DNA from: Candidatus Iainarchaeum sp.
GTDB taxonomy: Archaea; Iainarchaeota; Iainarchaeia; JAGGVJ01
DNA length: 64,000 nt
Reading direction: 5' to 3'
NCBI GenBank assembly: GCA_021158055.1
Contig: JAGGVJ010000019.1
Coordinates: 23,940-87,939 of the forward strand
In this document: positions 39,202 to 50,476 of the stretch, in pieces
Layout of the letters: every line of letters starts with the position of its first letter
How positions within the stretch are numbered: the first letter of the stretch is position 1
Program-made: the position numbers and the translations under genes
The notes under the pieces: generated by a model
The model's input: the letters and a program-made list of their open reading frames with translations, nothing else
Told to the model about the DNA's origin: nothing
The model's database searches: none

Positions 39202-39529
39202 TATGAAAACTCATGAAATCATCTTGGACATAAAAAAGGCAGAAGAAGAATCAGATAAAGTTTTGGCTGAAACAAGGGAAAAGAAAGAAAAGCTAATTTC
39301 GAAGACAAAAATTGAAGCAGAGGAAATAATTTCTTCTTCTGAAAAAACTTTTGAGAACAAAAAGTCGACAAATTTGAAGGCAGTGTCTAAAAAGATTGAA
39401 GCAATGAAAAAGGAGATCATTTCTGATGCCGGGTCTGAGATTAAGTCCATGGAAAAATCAGCATTAAAGAACATGGATAAAGCAGTTGATTTTTTGATTG
39501 TTCAGTTTAAAAAAAATGTGGGATTGTAA
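39202..39529 (+). CDS. atpH: A-type ATP synthase subunit H
   Basis: Small, charged, coiled-coil protein at the operon head, where H is expected in the archaeal atpHIKECFABD order. ATG at 39202 is preferred over the track start. Confidence 0.65.
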
Positions 39530-39649
39530 AAATAACAATCTCTAAACTGTAAGATAATTAACTTTGTAGTAATTATTGTTTGTTATGCTTGCGGGTAATT
39601 AGTATTTGTTAGATTCATAAATCAGTATTTGTCAGGTAAGTTGGATTGA

Positions 39650-41533
39650 ATGATTAAACCAAAAAAGATGAAACGCGTTACGATAGTGGGGTCAAGGAGA
39701 CTTCTGAAACCGATTGTGGAAAACCTTTACAATCAAAAAGTGCTTCATATAAATGATTATTCAAAAATCATGTCAGATGAATATCTGGACATCGGTCACT
39801 CTCTTAAAAATGCCGATATCTATTCCGAGTCTCTTGTGAAAATAAAATCTGTGTGCAGTTACCTGAACATTTCTTTTGATAAGGGATTGCAGGGTGTTGA
39901 TTCAAAGCTTTTGAGCAGGGACCTGTCAAAAGAAAACTTACGCGATTTGCGCTCAAAAATCAATAATATAGAAAAAGAAGTTGTTGAAAAAGTAAATAAA
40001 AGAAAATCCCTTGAAGAGGAGCTTTCGGGATTGAGTTCAGTCAGGAAAGAACTTGAACCGTTTACTGCTCTCGCTTTGCCGCTTAACTGTTTTCATGAGT
40101 CAAAATCTGTTTCGTTTGCTGTCGGCTTTACGCCTGTCAACATTGCGGCAAGTGATTTTGAAGACATTACTTCGCGCTTGAAAGTTGTTTCTGCAAAACA
40201 CGGCAAAAAGCAGGTTGTTGCAGTGTTTGCTGAATCCGCAAAGATGGCTGCTGTTTTGGAGCGGATTTCTTCAAAGGGTTTTTCTGAAATAAGTATGGAA
40301 AACATTGCAAAATTAAGCGGTTCTGCTAAAGACAACGTCAATTCAATCGAGTCAAATGAAAACAAGATTCTCAGGGAGATTGAAAATCTTAAAGTGGATT
40401 TGTTTGCCATAAGACAAAAATGGGAAATTCAACTGTTTGAATACAATGATTTTCTTTCGCAGGAAATTGAAAAGGCAAGTGCTCCGCTTAAGTTTGCCGT
40501 CACTAAAACTACTTTTATTGTAAAAGGGTGGATTTTGGAAGAAAATTACAAACATGTCACAAAAGAAATTGAGCGTGCAGGAAAAGGAAAAGTACTTGTT
40601 AACATTCACAAGGACGTGAGAATCAAAGAAGCTCCCATAGCGTTGAAGGACAAGGGTCCGGCAAATTCATTTGAAATGTTTTTGGACCTGTATTCGTTGC
40701 CAAGGTATAACGAGATTGACCCCACGCTGATAATGGCTTTGGCGTTTCCTTTATTTTTCGGGTTTATGCTTGGAGACATCGGATATGGCCTTGTGCTTCT
40801 GGCTTTGACTGTGGCGTTGAAGAAAATGAAGCCCGAGTTAAACAAGTTTTTGAACGTGCTAATGTTTTCTGCCATAGGCACAATGATTTTTGGATTTGTT
40901 TTCGGTGAGTTTTTCGGCGCCACAGATATTTTTGGAATGCCGTTGTATCACTATATCAACAGGGAACACGACGTAAATTTTATGATGACTCTGTCTATCT
41001 TAATCGGGGTCGTGCACATAAACCTGGGCCTGGTAATCGGCTTTTACAACAAGATGGTTGAGCACGGCATGAAAATGGCATTTTATGAAAAAGGCAGTTG
41101 GATCCTTCTTGAGATCGGAGCCGCGTTGCTTGGGGCATCAATGATGGGGTTGCTTCCTTTAAGCCCTGTTTTTGGAGGAGTAGTGTTGCTTGCGTCAATT
41201 GTGTTCATTTACCTGGGTGAAGGAATAAAAGGGCTTGCAGAACTTCCTTCAATACTCAGTAATATCCTGTCTTACTCGCGTTTAATGGCAGTGGGGCTGG
41301 CTTCGGTAAGCCTTGCGGTAGTCGTGAACGAAATGGCAGGAGACCTTATTGAGTTTGGCGGAATAGGCATGATTCTTGCTTTAATAGTTCTCATACTGGG
41401 GCATTTGATAAACCTTGCGCTTGGCATACTTGGCCCGTTTTTACATTCACTCAGGTTGCATTACGTGGAGTTTTTCGGTAAGTTTTATGAAGGCGGAGGG
41501 GAAGAGTACTCTCCGTTTGGAAAAAATAAGTAG
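39650..41533 (+). CDS. atpI: A-type ATP synthase subunit I (stator a-subunit)
   Basis: 627 aa. Hydrophilic N-terminal half plus C-terminal multi-TM domain. Operon position. Confidence 0.85.
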   Translation: MIKPKKMKRVTIVGSRRLLKPIVENLYNQKVLHINDYSKIMSDEYLDIGHSLKNADIYSESLVKIKSVCSYLNISFDKGLQGVDSKLLSRDLSKENLRDLRSKINNIEKEVVEKVNKRKSLEEELSGLSSVRKELEPFTALALPLNCFHESKSVSFAVGFTPVNIAASDFEDITSRLKVVSAKHGKKQVVAVFAESAKMAAVLERISSKGFSEISMENIAKLSGSAKDNVNSIESNENKILREIENLKVDLFAIRQKWEIQLFEYNDFLSQEIEKASAPLKFAVTKTTFIVKGWILEENYKHVTKEIERAGKGKVLVNIHKDVRIKEAPIALKDKGPANSFEMFLDLYSLPRYNEIDPTLIMALAFPLFFGFMLGDIGYGLVLLALTVALKKMKPELNKFLNVLMFSAIGTMIFGFVFGEFFGATDIFGMPLYHYINREHDVNFMMTLSILIGVVHINLGLVIGFYNKMVEHGMKMAFYEKGSWILLEIGAALLGASMMGLLPLSPVFGGVVLLASIVFIYLGEGIKGLAELPSILSNILSYSRLMAVGLASVSLAVVVNEMAGDLIEFGGIGMILALIVLILGHLINLALGILGPFLHSLRLHYVEFFGKFYEGGGEEYSPFGKNK

Positions 41534-41589
41534 AAGTAGTAGAAGTGAGATGAATTTAGCAAAAATAAATAAGATATGGAGGAATTGAA

Positions 41590-41847
41590 ATGGCAGAACC
41601 AGTATCAACAGCAATTTCGGCAATTGCGTCTGACCCGTCGGGAATGATTGCAATCGCAGCGGGTTTGGCAATAGGTTTGAGTGCTATTGCGTCAGCCATG
41701 GCAGAAAAAGACATTGGCGCAGCAGCAGTCGGCGCAATGGCTGAAAACGAAAATCTTTTCGTCAAGGGTCTGATTTTAACGGTTATTCCTGAAACACTTG
41801 TGATTTTCGGGCTTGTTATCGCAATTTTGCTTCTCGGAAAAATATAA
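41590..41847 (+). CDS. atpK: A-type ATP synthase proteolipid subunit K (c)
   Basis: 85-aa two-TM hairpin with the conserved Glu in IPETLVIFG. Confidence 0.85.
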   Translation: MAEPVSTAISAIASDPSGMIAIAAGLAIGLSAIASAMAEKDIGAAAVGAMAENENLFVKGLILTVIPETLVIFGLVIAILLLGKI

Positions 41848-41889
41848 ATTTGCAGGCATCAAAACTGCCGACAATAACGAGGGGTAAAG

Positions 41890-42450
41890 ATGGGATTGGA
41901 AGATGTCTTGGAAGACATAAAAAACACCACTCAAAAAGAAGTGCATGAAATTGAAGTAAATGCATTTGCAGAAAAAAAACGCATTCTTTCAAGAGCAAGG
42001 GAAAAAGTTGCTTTGGCAGAAAAGCGCCTTGAACAGGATATTGCAGATGCATCCGTTTCAATGAAAAAACGCGAAGTTGCAGCTGCAAAGATTGAAGGGA
42101 AAAGGCTGCACCTGAACGCGCGAAAAAAAATAGTGGACAAAGCGTATGCGATGCTCAGGGAAAAGCTCAGTTCCCTTGATAGAGAGGAACGCGCAAAAAT
42201 TCTTTCAAAGCTTGTTGAATCCGCTATTTTGGAAGTTGAGCCGGCATATGCTTATGTGTTAAAGGAAGACACAGAACTTGTAAAAAAGCTTGTTCCGAAA
42301 GTAAAATGCATTGAAACCACCGGTATTCTTGGAGGCGTAATCCTTGAGAATGCCGACGGTTCGGTCCGCGTTAACAAGTCGTTTGACTCCATACTTGACG
42401 AGATGAAAAGCAGTTCTTTAAAAGAGCTTTCAGAGGTTATTTTTGATTAA
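41890..42450 (+). CDS. atpE: A-type ATP synthase subunit E
   Basis: 186 aa, N-terminal coiled coil. Operon position. Confidence 0.75.
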   Translation: MGLEDVLEDIKNTTQKEVHEIEVNAFAEKKRILSRAREKVALAEKRLEQDIADASVSMKKREVAAAKIEGKRLHLNARKKIVDKAYAMLREKLSSLDREERAKILSKLVESAILEVEPAYAYVLKEDTELVKKLVPKVKCIETTGILGGVILENADGSVRVNKSFDSILDEMKSSSLKELSEVIFD

Positions 42451-42470
42451 TTTGTTGATTGGGTGCAAAA

Positions 42471-43550
42471 ATGAAAAAAGAAAGGAATGTGTCTTCAGGT
42501 AATTATCCGTACATCAACGCAAGAGTCAGAGGTATGAAAAGCAAACTCATAAAAAAAGAGGATTATGAGAAATTGCTTCATATGGGTCTTGAAGAATTCA
42601 TTCATTTTCTTGAGGAAAGCGACTACAAAAAAGAGATTGATTTTTTTGCTATGCACCGCAGCGGTTGTGCTTTGGCGGAGTTTGCTGTTGCTGAAAATTT
42701 TTCAAAGACAATGAAAAAACTGAAAAGTATCTCTAAAGGAACTGATGTGAATACGATTGTCAGGGGATACCTGAAACGGTGGAGCATCTGGAACATAAAA
42801 ATAATCGTCAGGGGAAAATACGCGGGGGAATCCCCTGAAACAATTAAGTCATGTGTTTTGGATTTGAGTGACCCAAAAGTAAACATAGACGAACTGGTTG
42901 AAGAAAAAGTAACGATTGAAGATGTCATGGAAAAAACAGGCCTGACAAGAAATTGTTCAAGAATGATTGATTCCATTAAACTTTTCCGTGAAAAGAACAG
43001 TCTTTCTTACCTGGAAAATTGTCTTGACTGGTATTATTACAGCCTTATAACAGAATTTGCAAAAAGGATACCTGCACAGGAAAGTTTTATCAGGAAGTTT
43101 ATTGAAAAAGAAGTTGACACTTTGAATATCAAGATCATACTGAAGATGAAGCGTGAAAAATTTTTAAGAGAAGAGATTTTAAAAAATATTATCCGGTACA
43201 GGTCAGCCCGCGGGAAATTGAAAACATGGGATGAATTTGTTAACGCGCCTGACATGGATTCGTTGCTGGAGCTTTTTTCCAAAACTTCTTACTGGCCGGC
43301 AATGGAGCCCGGCGTGAAAGATTTCAAAGAGTCAAACCGGCTTTCCATGCTGGAATCTGGTCTTGAAAAGCACGTGCTGGAGCACGCGTTTCTTTTGCTG
43401 CACCAGCAGCCTCTTTCAATCAGCCCCATAATCGGGTACATGATTGCAAAAAGAGTTGAAATGAAAAATCTCGGAATGCTGGCGCGTTCAAAAGAAGTGA
43501 GTCTTGACGAAGATTTTATGCGCCGCCATTTGGTGATAGCGGGTGCGTGA
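42471..43550 (+). CDS. atpC: A-type ATP synthase subunit C
   Basis: About 360 aa helical protein (PYINARVRGMKSKL...). The track start at 42459 is TTG; ATG at 42471 is preferred. Confidence 0.75.
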   Translation: MKKERNVSSGNYPYINARVRGMKSKLIKKEDYEKLLHMGLEEFIHFLEESDYKKEIDFFAMHRSGCALAEFAVAENFSKTMKKLKSISKGTDVNTIVRGYLKRWSIWNIKIIVRGKYAGESPETIKSCVLDLSDPKVNIDELVEEKVTIEDVMEKTGLTRNCSRMIDSIKLFREKNSLSYLENCLDWYYYSLITEFAKRIPAQESFIRKFIEKEVDTLNIKIILKMKREKFLREEILKNIIRYRSARGKLKTWDEFVNAPDMDSLLELFSKTSYWPAMEPGVKDFKESNRLSMLESGLEKHVLEHAFLLLHQQPLSISPIIGYMIAKRVEMKNLGMLARSKEVSLDEDFMRRHLVIAGA

Positions 43551-43554
43551 TTGA

Positions 43555-43866
43555 ATGAGCCAAAGAATAATGGTTTTTGGAGACAAGGAATTTACGCTGG
43601 GTTTCAGGCTTGCGGGCGTAAGAGATTGTATTGAGGTTACAGATGAAAACAGAGTGGAAGTGTTCCGGGAACTTGTTAGTTCAAAGGAAAACGGAATAGC
43701 TGTTCTTAATCAAAAAGATGTTGATTTGGTGCCTGAAAGAATCAGGGAAGATGTTGAAAATTCAATATCTCCGACAACTGTAACAATTTCCGATGAATAC
43801 GGGGCTGAAGAGACCCTCAGAAAAATGATATTAAAATCGATAGGTGTTGATTTATGGGAGAATTAA
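43555..43866 (+). CDS. atpF: A-type ATP synthase subunit F
   Basis: 103 aa ([17 protein letters not shown]). Operon position. Confidence 0.75.
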   Translation: MSQRIMVFGDKEFTLGFRLAGVRDCIEVTDENRVEVFRELVSSKENGIAVLNQKDVDLVPERIREDVENSISPTTVTISDEYGAEETLRKMILKSIGVDLWEN

Positions 43867-45635
43867 AGCCAGGGAAAAAGAACGAAAACACAGTTGAATC
43901 AAAAGCTTCAGCCGGTAAGATTTATCGCATAGCAGGTCCTGTAGTGGTGGCTAAAGGGATTAACGCTAAAATGTATGATGTTGTCAAAGTGGGAAGAGAA
44001 CAGCTGATGGGTGAAGTCATTGAGATGGAGGGTGACAAGACCATAGTTCAGGTTTACGAAGACACCGAAGGGATAAAACCAAACGAGCGCGTTGAAACAA
44101 CCGGGCAGTCTCTTTCAGTTTTCCTTGGTCCCGGTCTTTTGACTTCAATCTATGACGGGATTCAAAGACCATTGCCTGTTCTTGCAGAAAAAATGGGCAA
44201 TTTCATTGAAAGAGGAGTCAGTGCACCGGGTCTTGATGAAACAAAAAAATGGGACTTTGCTGCAACTGCAAAAGCAGGGGATAAGGTTTCAGGTGGCAGT
44301 GTGATAGGGACCGTTGAAGAAACCGAAGGATTGGAGCACAAGGTAATGGTGCCCCCGAAAATGTCTGGAAAAATAAAAGAGATTTCTTCAGGAAAGTTCA
44401 CTGTCAATGATGTTGTGGCTGTTCTTGAAGACGGCTCTGAACTGAAGCTTGCGCACCACTGGCCGATCAGGGTTCCAAGACCTGTCAACAAAAAACTTCT
44501 TCCGAATATTCCGTTGATAACAGGTCAGCGTATTCTTGACACGTTTTTTCCCCTTGCAAAAGGAGGAACTGCGGCAATACCGGGTCCGTTCGGCGCTGGA
44601 AAGACCGTTACTCAGCAGTCGCTTGCAAAATGGTGTGACGCTGACATAATCGTGTACATAGGTTGCGGTGAGCGCGGGAACGAAATGACTGAAGTTCTTT
44701 CAGAGTTTCCGGAACTCAAGGATCCGAAAACCGGAAACCCATTGATGAACAGGACTGTCTTGATTGCAAACACTTCAAATATGCCTGTGGCTGCAAGGGA
44801 AGCTTCGATCTACACAGGAATAACGATTGCCGAGTATTACCGTGACATGGGCTACGATGTTGCGCTCATGGCTGATTCCACTTCCAGGTGGGCAGAGGCC
44901 ATGAGGGAAATTTCCTCGCGTCTTGAAGAAATGCCCGGGGAAGAAGGATACCCGGCTTACCTTTCAACAAAGCTGGCGGCGTTTTACGAGCGTGCCGGAC
45001 GGGTAAAAACTCTCGGGGTTGAAGAGCCGGGTTCGGTTTCCGTAATCGGTGCTGTCTCGCCTCCGGGAGGGGATTTTTCAGAGCCGGTAACCCAGAACAC
45101 ATTAAGGGTTACAAAATCGTTTTGGGCCCTTGACGCAAAACTTGCTCAAAGAAGGCATTTTCCTTCAATCAACTGGATTAATTCTTACAGCCTTTACCTT
45201 GACAAATTAAACGATTGGTTTTCTTCAAACGTTGCAAGTGACTGGGCAGAATACGTCGAAAAGTCAATGAGGATTTTGCAGGAAGAAGAAAAGCTTCTTG
45301 AAATCGTTCAGCTTGTGGGTTCTGATTCGCTTCCGGACGAGCAGCAGTTGACTCTCGAGGTTGCAAGAATGCTCAGGGAATTTTTCCTGCAGCAAAACGC
45401 CTTTCACGAGGTTGACACTTACTGCACGCCCCAGAAAAGTTACGCGTTGCTGAAGACGATTCATCAGTTCAGCAGCCTGGCAGAAAGCGCACTTGAACGC
45501 GGCATGAAAATAAAAGACATTTTGCTTTTGAAGTCAAAAAACAAAGTCGCAAATGTTAAATTTGAAGCGGATTATGAAAAAATACTTAAGGAAATCGAGT
45601 CTGAAATGCAGAAAGAGTTTGAGGGCTTGAGGTGA
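43854..45635 (+). CDS. atpA: A-type ATP synthase catalytic subunit A (no intein)
   Basis: Walker [10 protein letters not shown]. 593 aa. 13-nt overlap with atpF. Confidence 0.9.
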   Translation: MGELKPGKKNENTVESKASAGKIYRIAGPVVVAKGINAKMYDVVKVGREQLMGEVIEMEGDKTIVQVYEDTEGIKPNERVETTGQSLSVFLGPGLLTSIYDGIQRPLPVLAEKMGNFIERGVSAPGLDETKKWDFAATAKAGDKVSGGSVIGTVEETEGLEHKVMVPPKMSGKIKEISSGKFTVNDVVAVLEDGSELKLAHHWPIRVPRPVNKKLLPNIPLITGQRILDTFFPLAKGGTAAIPGPFGAGKTVTQQSLAKWCDADIIVYIGCGERGNEMTEVLSEFPELKDPKTGNPLMNRTVLIANTSNMPVAAREASIYTGITIAEYYRDMGYDVALMADSTSRWAEAMREISSRLEEMPGEEGYPAYLSTKLAAFYERAGRVKTLGVEEPGSVSVIGAVSPPGGDFSEPVTQNTLRVTKSFWALDAKLAQRRHFPSINWINSYSLYLDKLNDWFSSNVASDWAEYVEKSMRILQEEEKLLEIVQLVGSDSLPDEQQLTLEVARMLREFFLQQNAFHEVDTYCTPQKSYALLKTIHQFSSLAESALERGMKIKDILLLKSKNKVANVKFEADYEKILKEIESEMQKEFEGLR

Positions 45636-45639
45636 TTTT

Positions 45640-47118
45640 ATGAAAGAATACAAAACAATAAGCAAGATTGCAGGTCCCCTGGTGTACGTGGAAAAAACCG
45701 AACCCGTCGGTTACGGTGAACTCGTGAAGGTAACGCTTTCAGACGGCTCTGTTAAAAGGGGACAGGTTCTTGACACTTCAGAGGAAATTGTCGTGGTGCA
45801 GATATTTGAAGGCACAAGCGAGATTGACAAGGATTCAAGGGTCACTTTTTTGGGCGAGACAATAAAGCTGGCTGTTTCAGACGATATGCTCGGAAGGATT
45901 CTTTCAGGTTCAGGCCAGCCGCTTGATAACGGTCCTGAGATCGTTCCGGAAAAAAGGGTGGATATAAACGGTGCCGCAATAAATCCTTTCATGCGTGACT
46001 CTCCAGCGGATTTTATCCAGACAGGGATTTCGACAATTGATGAGATGAACACTCTTGTCCGCGGCCAGAAACTGCCGATCTTTTCAGGAAGCGGCCTTCC
46101 GCACAACGAGATTGCTCTGCAGATTGCAAGACAGGCCAAAGTTGTCGGGCAGGAAGGGGACTTCGCAGTGGTCTTTGCCGCAATGGGAATCACAAACGAG
46201 GAAGCGCAATATTTTATCAATGACTTTGAACAGACCGGTGCTCTTGAAAATGCAGTTGTGTTTTTGAACCTGGCAGACGACCCGGCGGTTGAAAGGCTTA
46301 TCACCCCGAGGATGGCGCTTACTGCGGCAGAATACCTTGCTTACGAAAAGGACATGCACGTGCTTGTAATCCTGACAGACCTCACCAACTACTGCGAGTC
46401 CTTAAGGGAAATAGGGGCGGCAAGGGAAGAAGTGCCCGGGAGACGGGGTTATCCTGGTTATATGTACACGGACCTTGCAAATATTTACGAGCGTGCGGGA
46501 ATGATTAAAGGCAAGAAAGGGTCTGTTACGCAGATACCCATCCTTACCATGGTCGGGGATGACATAACCCACCCCATACCTGATCTCACAGGTTACATCA
46601 CTGAAGGGCAGATCACTCTTTCAAGAGAGCTTCACATGAAAAACATTTACCCCCCGGTTGATGTTTTGCCCTCGCTTTCAAGGCTTATGAATTCCGGGAT
46701 CGGGCCGGGAAAAACCAGGGAAGACCACAAGCAGGTTTCAGACCAGCTTTACGCGTTTTATGCAGAGGGCCGTGACCTTCGCGGTCTTGTTGCGATAGTC
46801 GGAAAAGAAGCGCTTTCACAGCGTGACCAAAACTTGCTTGAGTTTGCAGATGCTTTTGAAGACAAATTTGTAAGACAGGACAAAAACGAAGACAGGTCGA
46901 TTGAAGACACGCTTGCTATTGCATGGAAACTTCTTTCAGATGTTCCAAGAGACGAGCTCACAAGAATAAAAGACGAGTTCAAAGACAAGTATTATATAAA
47001 ACAAAAAGAAGACAACAAGATTGAGGAAGGTAAAAAGGGAAGCAAAACCGGGGAAGAAAAAGACAACAGCACTGAAGAAGCAAAAGAAGGAGAACAGCGG
47101 GCAGAGGAATCTGCTTAA
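45640..47118 (+). CDS. atpB: A-type ATP synthase subunit B, with an acidic/lysine-rich C-terminal tail
   Basis: Conserved B-subunit core ([16 protein letters not shown]). About 40-aa tail [23 protein letters not shown]... Confidence 0.9.
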   Translation: MKEYKTISKIAGPLVYVEKTEPVGYGELVKVTLSDGSVKRGQVLDTSEEIVVVQIFEGTSEIDKDSRVTFLGETIKLAVSDDMLGRILSGSGQPLDNGPEIVPEKRVDINGAAINPFMRDSPADFIQTGISTIDEMNTLVRGQKLPIFSGSGLPHNEIALQIARQAKVVGQEGDFAVVFAAMGITNEEAQYFINDFEQTGALENAVVFLNLADDPAVERLITPRMALTAAEYLAYEKDMHVLVILTDLTNYCESLREIGAAREEVPGRRGYPGYMYTDLANIYERAGMIKGKKGSVTQIPILTMVGDDITHPIPDLTGYITEGQITLSRELHMKNIYPPVDVLPSLSRLMNSGIGPGKTREDHKQVSDQLYAFYAEGRDLRGLVAIVGKEALSQRDQNLLEFADAFEDKFVRQDKNEDRSIEDTLAIAWKLLSDVPRDELTRIKDEFKDKYYIKQKEDNKIEEGKKGSKTGEEKDNSTEEAKEGEQRAEESA

Positions 47119-47159
47119 ATCAGGCAGGTAAAATGAATCAGTGGCAGGAGATGGATTAA

Positions 47160-47771
47160 ATGTGCGCGGAAATAAAACCAACACGGTCAGAACTTATGAA
47201 GCTTAAGAAAAAAATAAAGCTTGCTGTTTCCGGGCACAAGCTTCTTAAGAAAAAACGCGACGGTCTTATTCTTGAGTTTTCAGAAATATTGAAAGATGCA
47301 AAAACGGTTCGTTCGGAACTCACTGAAGCATACATTAATGCAAAAAAGTACCTGAAGATTGCGCACGCGCTTGAAGGTGTTGTGATGGAGTCGACAATAA
47401 TGGCCTTGAAAGAGCACCCGACAGTTGAAATAGAAAACAGAAACATAATGGGTGTGGTGGTGCCTAAAATTGAATCAGAAAAGGTTGTAAAACACTTTCC
47501 AAAAAGAGGCTATGGTTTGGTCAGGGGTTCGTCTTCAATTGATGAAGCGGCTTTTGCATACGAAAAGCTTCTTGAAAAAGTGATTGCGGCAGCTGAAATA
47601 GAAAACACCATGAAAAGGCTCTTGTACGAAATAGAAAAAACAAAAAGAAGAGTCAACGCACTGGAATTTTCTGTCATCCCAAAAACAGTCGCTGATTCAA
47701 AATTTATAACCTTGCGCCTTGAAGAAATGGAGCGCGAAAACGTTTTCAGGTTGAAGAAAATAAAATCTTGA
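47160..47771 (+). CDS. atpD: A-type ATP synthase subunit D
   Basis: 203-aa coiled-coil (RSELMKLKKKIKLAVSGHKLLKKKRDGL). Confidence 0.8.
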   Translation: MCAEIKPTRSELMKLKKKIKLAVSGHKLLKKKRDGLILEFSEILKDAKTVRSELTEAYINAKKYLKIAHALEGVVMESTIMALKEHPTVEIENRNIMGVVVPKIESEKVVKHFPKRGYGLVRGSSSIDEAAFAYEKLLEKVIAAAEIENTMKRLLYEIEKTKRRVNALEFSVIPKTVADSKFITLRLEEMERENVFRLKKIKS

Positions 47772-47829
47772 GCTTTGTAAACTTTTTTTCCGCACTGGTT
47801 TTTAATCATTTATTCTTGCAAATTTGCAG

Positions 47830-48702
47830 TCAGTTTTTTATTGCGTTGACAATGGCACTTGTCACATCCACGTTTGCTTCGTTTCTGCAGACACTGTTTG
47901 TCAGGTAAAGTTTGGCGTATTTGCTTTTGATTCTTTTTATTCCTGCCGGAAGAACGCCGTGCGTGATTAATGCAATGACTTCTTTTGCACCGCATCTCAT
48001 GCACTCGTCGTGAAAACGATCCAGTGTCCCGCCTGTTTCCAGCAGATCGTCGACCACTCCGACCACTTGGCCCCGGACAAGTGTTTTGAATTCTTCGTTG
48101 CTTTGAATGTTTGTCAGGTAAGAGTTTACCCTTTCTTTTTCCGTGCCTTTCAACCCTGTTCTTCTCTGGGAGCCGGCGTCGGGAGCGAGATAAACTGCTT
48201 TCGGGTAATCGTTTAAAGCCGCACGCATCAGCGAGTCGACAACTGAGACATTTGTTACAGGATATTTTTCAAGCCAGCTCTTGCCTGCAAAGTGAGCGTC
48301 AAGGGTATAAATCCGCTCGACATGATGGTAATCAACCAGTTTTTTAATCAGGTCTTCTGCTGCATTTGTTTCCCCGGTTTCCCAGATGTTGTCCTGCATG
48401 CCGTAAGGAAAATAAGTAAAAAATACTTCAAGCGGATGGATTTTTTGTGATCTGTTCAGGATTGACAGGATCATCTCCAGCTCCACCAAGCCGCTGTTGC
48501 AGTCGGGAGCGCCTGAGCAAAGAACAACGGTTTTTCCGTTTAACTCATTGATTTTTGAAATTCTTGTGTAAACTTCCCGGTCAGGAAAATGCCTTTTTCC
48601 TTCCTTGTTCTTATCAGTAAACACTACCTGCACTTTGCCTTCGCCGGCTATTTTTGCCCCGATGTGCTCTGCTGACGCAGTCGGTATGATGTTTAGTTGC
48701 AT
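47830..48702 (-). CDS. prs: Ribose-phosphate pyrophosphokinase (PRPP synthetase)
   Basis: PRPP-binding VVGVVDDLLETGGTL. 290 aa. Confidence 0.8.
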   Translation of the reverse strand: MQLNIIPTASAEHIGAKIAGEGKVQVVFTDKNKEGKRHFPDREVYTRISKINELNGKTVVLCSGAPDCNSGLVELEMILSILNRSQKIHPLEVFFTYFPYGMQDNIWETGETNAAEDLIKKLVDYHHVERIYTLDAHFAGKSWLEKYPVTNVSVVDSLMRAALNDYPKAVYLAPDAGSQRRTGLKGTEKERVNSYLTNIQSNEEFKTLVRGQVVGVVDDLLETGGTLDRFHDECMRCGAKEVIALITHGVLPAGIKRIKSKYAKLYLTNSVCRNEANVDVTSAIVNAIKN

Positions 48703-48992
48703 TGTTTTATATTGGTCGGCCTGGGATTTAAAACTTTTGAAAACCGGAAATAAACAGGAAAAATTTGAGTTTTAAACAAGGATAATCTTTTATACCAATT
48801 TGTTTCTTTTATTCTATGTAATTGAAAATTGACAATAAAAAAATATTGTTTCAGGTTTAAAACCGAATTTAAGCAAACCCGTGTAAATTTATTTTGGGAA
48901 AATTGCTCAGCAAGAGCGTATTTCACTGATTTTTTAAATCACATATCATACTGGGCGCTTGTTTGAAATGAAATAAACGAATAGTAGGAGTT

Positions 48993-49562
48993 TTGGAAAA
49001 TATGAAAACAATTCAACGCGCTGGAGTAAACATTCCTACCGGTACGCATATCGGCAGGAAGATAGTTATCGGTGCAGATCACCGCGGTTTTGAGATAAAG
49101 AAGTTTCTTTTGGGAAAGCTGAAAGAAAAAAATCACAAAGTTATTGACGTGGGGTCATATGATTCAAAGCGCACGGATTACCCTGTTTTTTCAAAAAAGA
49201 TAGGTGAGTTGTTGGTCCTGAACATTCAAACGCATGTCGGAATCGGCATTTGCGGCTCCGGAATCGGAATACAATACCCTGCAACAAAATACCCTGGAGT
49301 TATTGCTGCAAGGTGCCTTAACAAAGAAGACGCGGTTTCAAGCAGAAAGCACAATAACTCAAATTTTCTCGCGTTGTCAGCAAACGCCACCGACTGTGAA
49401 ACGGCATTTGAAATAGTTGATTCATGGCTTAACAGCCCGTTTTATTCAAATCCGGCGGAAGAAGAGCATTACCTTAAAAGATACATGCAGACAATTTACT
49501 GCCACAATGTTCTTCTTGAAAAAGAAAAGAAAGGAATTTATATATTCAATTCTCATTTTTAG
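48993..49562 (+). CDS. rpiB: Ribose-5-phosphate isomerase B (RpiB/LacAB family)
   Basis: IGADHRGFEIK...DYPVF...GIGICGSGIGIQYPATKYPGVIAARC...SRKHNNSN. Confidence 0.75.
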   Translation: MENMKTIQRAGVNIPTGTHIGRKIVIGADHRGFEIKKFLLGKLKEKNHKVIDVGSYDSKRTDYPVFSKKIGELLVLNIQTHVGIGICGSGIGIQYPATKYPGVIAARCLNKEDAVSSRKHNNSNFLALSANATDCETAFEIVDSWLNSPFYSNPAEEEHYLKRYMQTIYCHNVLLEKEKKGIYIFNSHF

Positions 49563-49607
49563 CGGTGCGCAGTTTGCTTTAACAGATATGTGAACGGAGT
49601 TGATTTG

Positions 49608-50039
49608 ATGGTCGCAGGAAAAGGAAACAGGGTAAAAGTTGAGTATGAAGGGACATTGGAAGACGGTTCAGTTTTTGACAGCTCTAAAGCGCACGGCAGT
49701 CTGCTTGAGTTTGAGCTCGGCGCCAAGCAGATGATCCCCGGCTTTGAAAACGCAGTTATCGGTATGAAAAAAAATGAAGAAAAAAAAGTAACTTTGAAAC
49801 CTTCAGAGGCATACGGCGAAGCCGACCCTTTGATGACAAAAGAAGTTCCAAAAACCCAGCTTCCGCCTGATTTGGATGTGAAGGTCGGCATGACTTTGGC
49901 TGCGAGTCTTCCGGAAGGAGGGCAGTTGCCGGCAACAGTTGTTGAGGTAAATGAGGACGCTATTATTATCGACCTTAACCACCCGTTGGCTGGAAAAACT
50001 TTGACTTTCAAGATAAAAGTGGTTGAAATATCTTCTTGA
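49608..50039 (+). CDS. FKBP-type peptidyl-prolyl isomerase (short archaeal/SlyD-like with IF insert)
   Basis: VKVEYEGTLEDGSVFDSS...LEFELGAKQMIPGFENAVIGM. Confidence 0.8.
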   Translation: MVAGKGNRVKVEYEGTLEDGSVFDSSKAHGSLLEFELGAKQMIPGFENAVIGMKKNEEKKVTLKPSEAYGEADPLMTKEVPKTQLPPDLDVKVGMTLAASLPEGGQLPATVVEVNEDAIIIDLNHPLAGKTLTFKIKVVEISS

Positions 50040-50476
50040 TTGTTTTTGTTTTATTTTAACCATAATCATGTTGCATAAAGGCACCATTGAATTAGGTGTC
50101 TTTATCGCCCATGGTTTGATCAGGTTATATTTTAGTTCTATTTTTTATAAATGTCAGATTACAAAATAATAAGCATCAAAATACAGGATAATACGTATCA
50201 AAACAAGAAAAATGAAAGTCGGCGTAAACGTGAAGGCATATATACAAGTTTATGCATAAATATTATATAATTAACTGAAGCAATACAGTTGTTTTTATAA
50301 TCTATTTGTAAAAAAAGATAGTTGAAGCCCTTCTTATTTTTCAGGTTTTCAGAAGGCCTGTTTAATGTATTTATCTGTAAACTGTAATTCGCTCTAGTTA
50401 GCGTTAGGTTTACAGGAATGTGCTTAACGTGTTATATTTGATATATTAGATAGCAGTTTAGGAATTGTGATTAATA

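Noticed and set aside
43854-45635. Intein in ATP synthase subunit A
   Set aside because: At 593 aa the length is canonical and there is no insertion after the P-loop.
47810-48004. 64-aa minus ORF overlapping prs
   Set aside because: It is an alternative frame of PRPP synthetase with Cys/Arg-rich nonsense.
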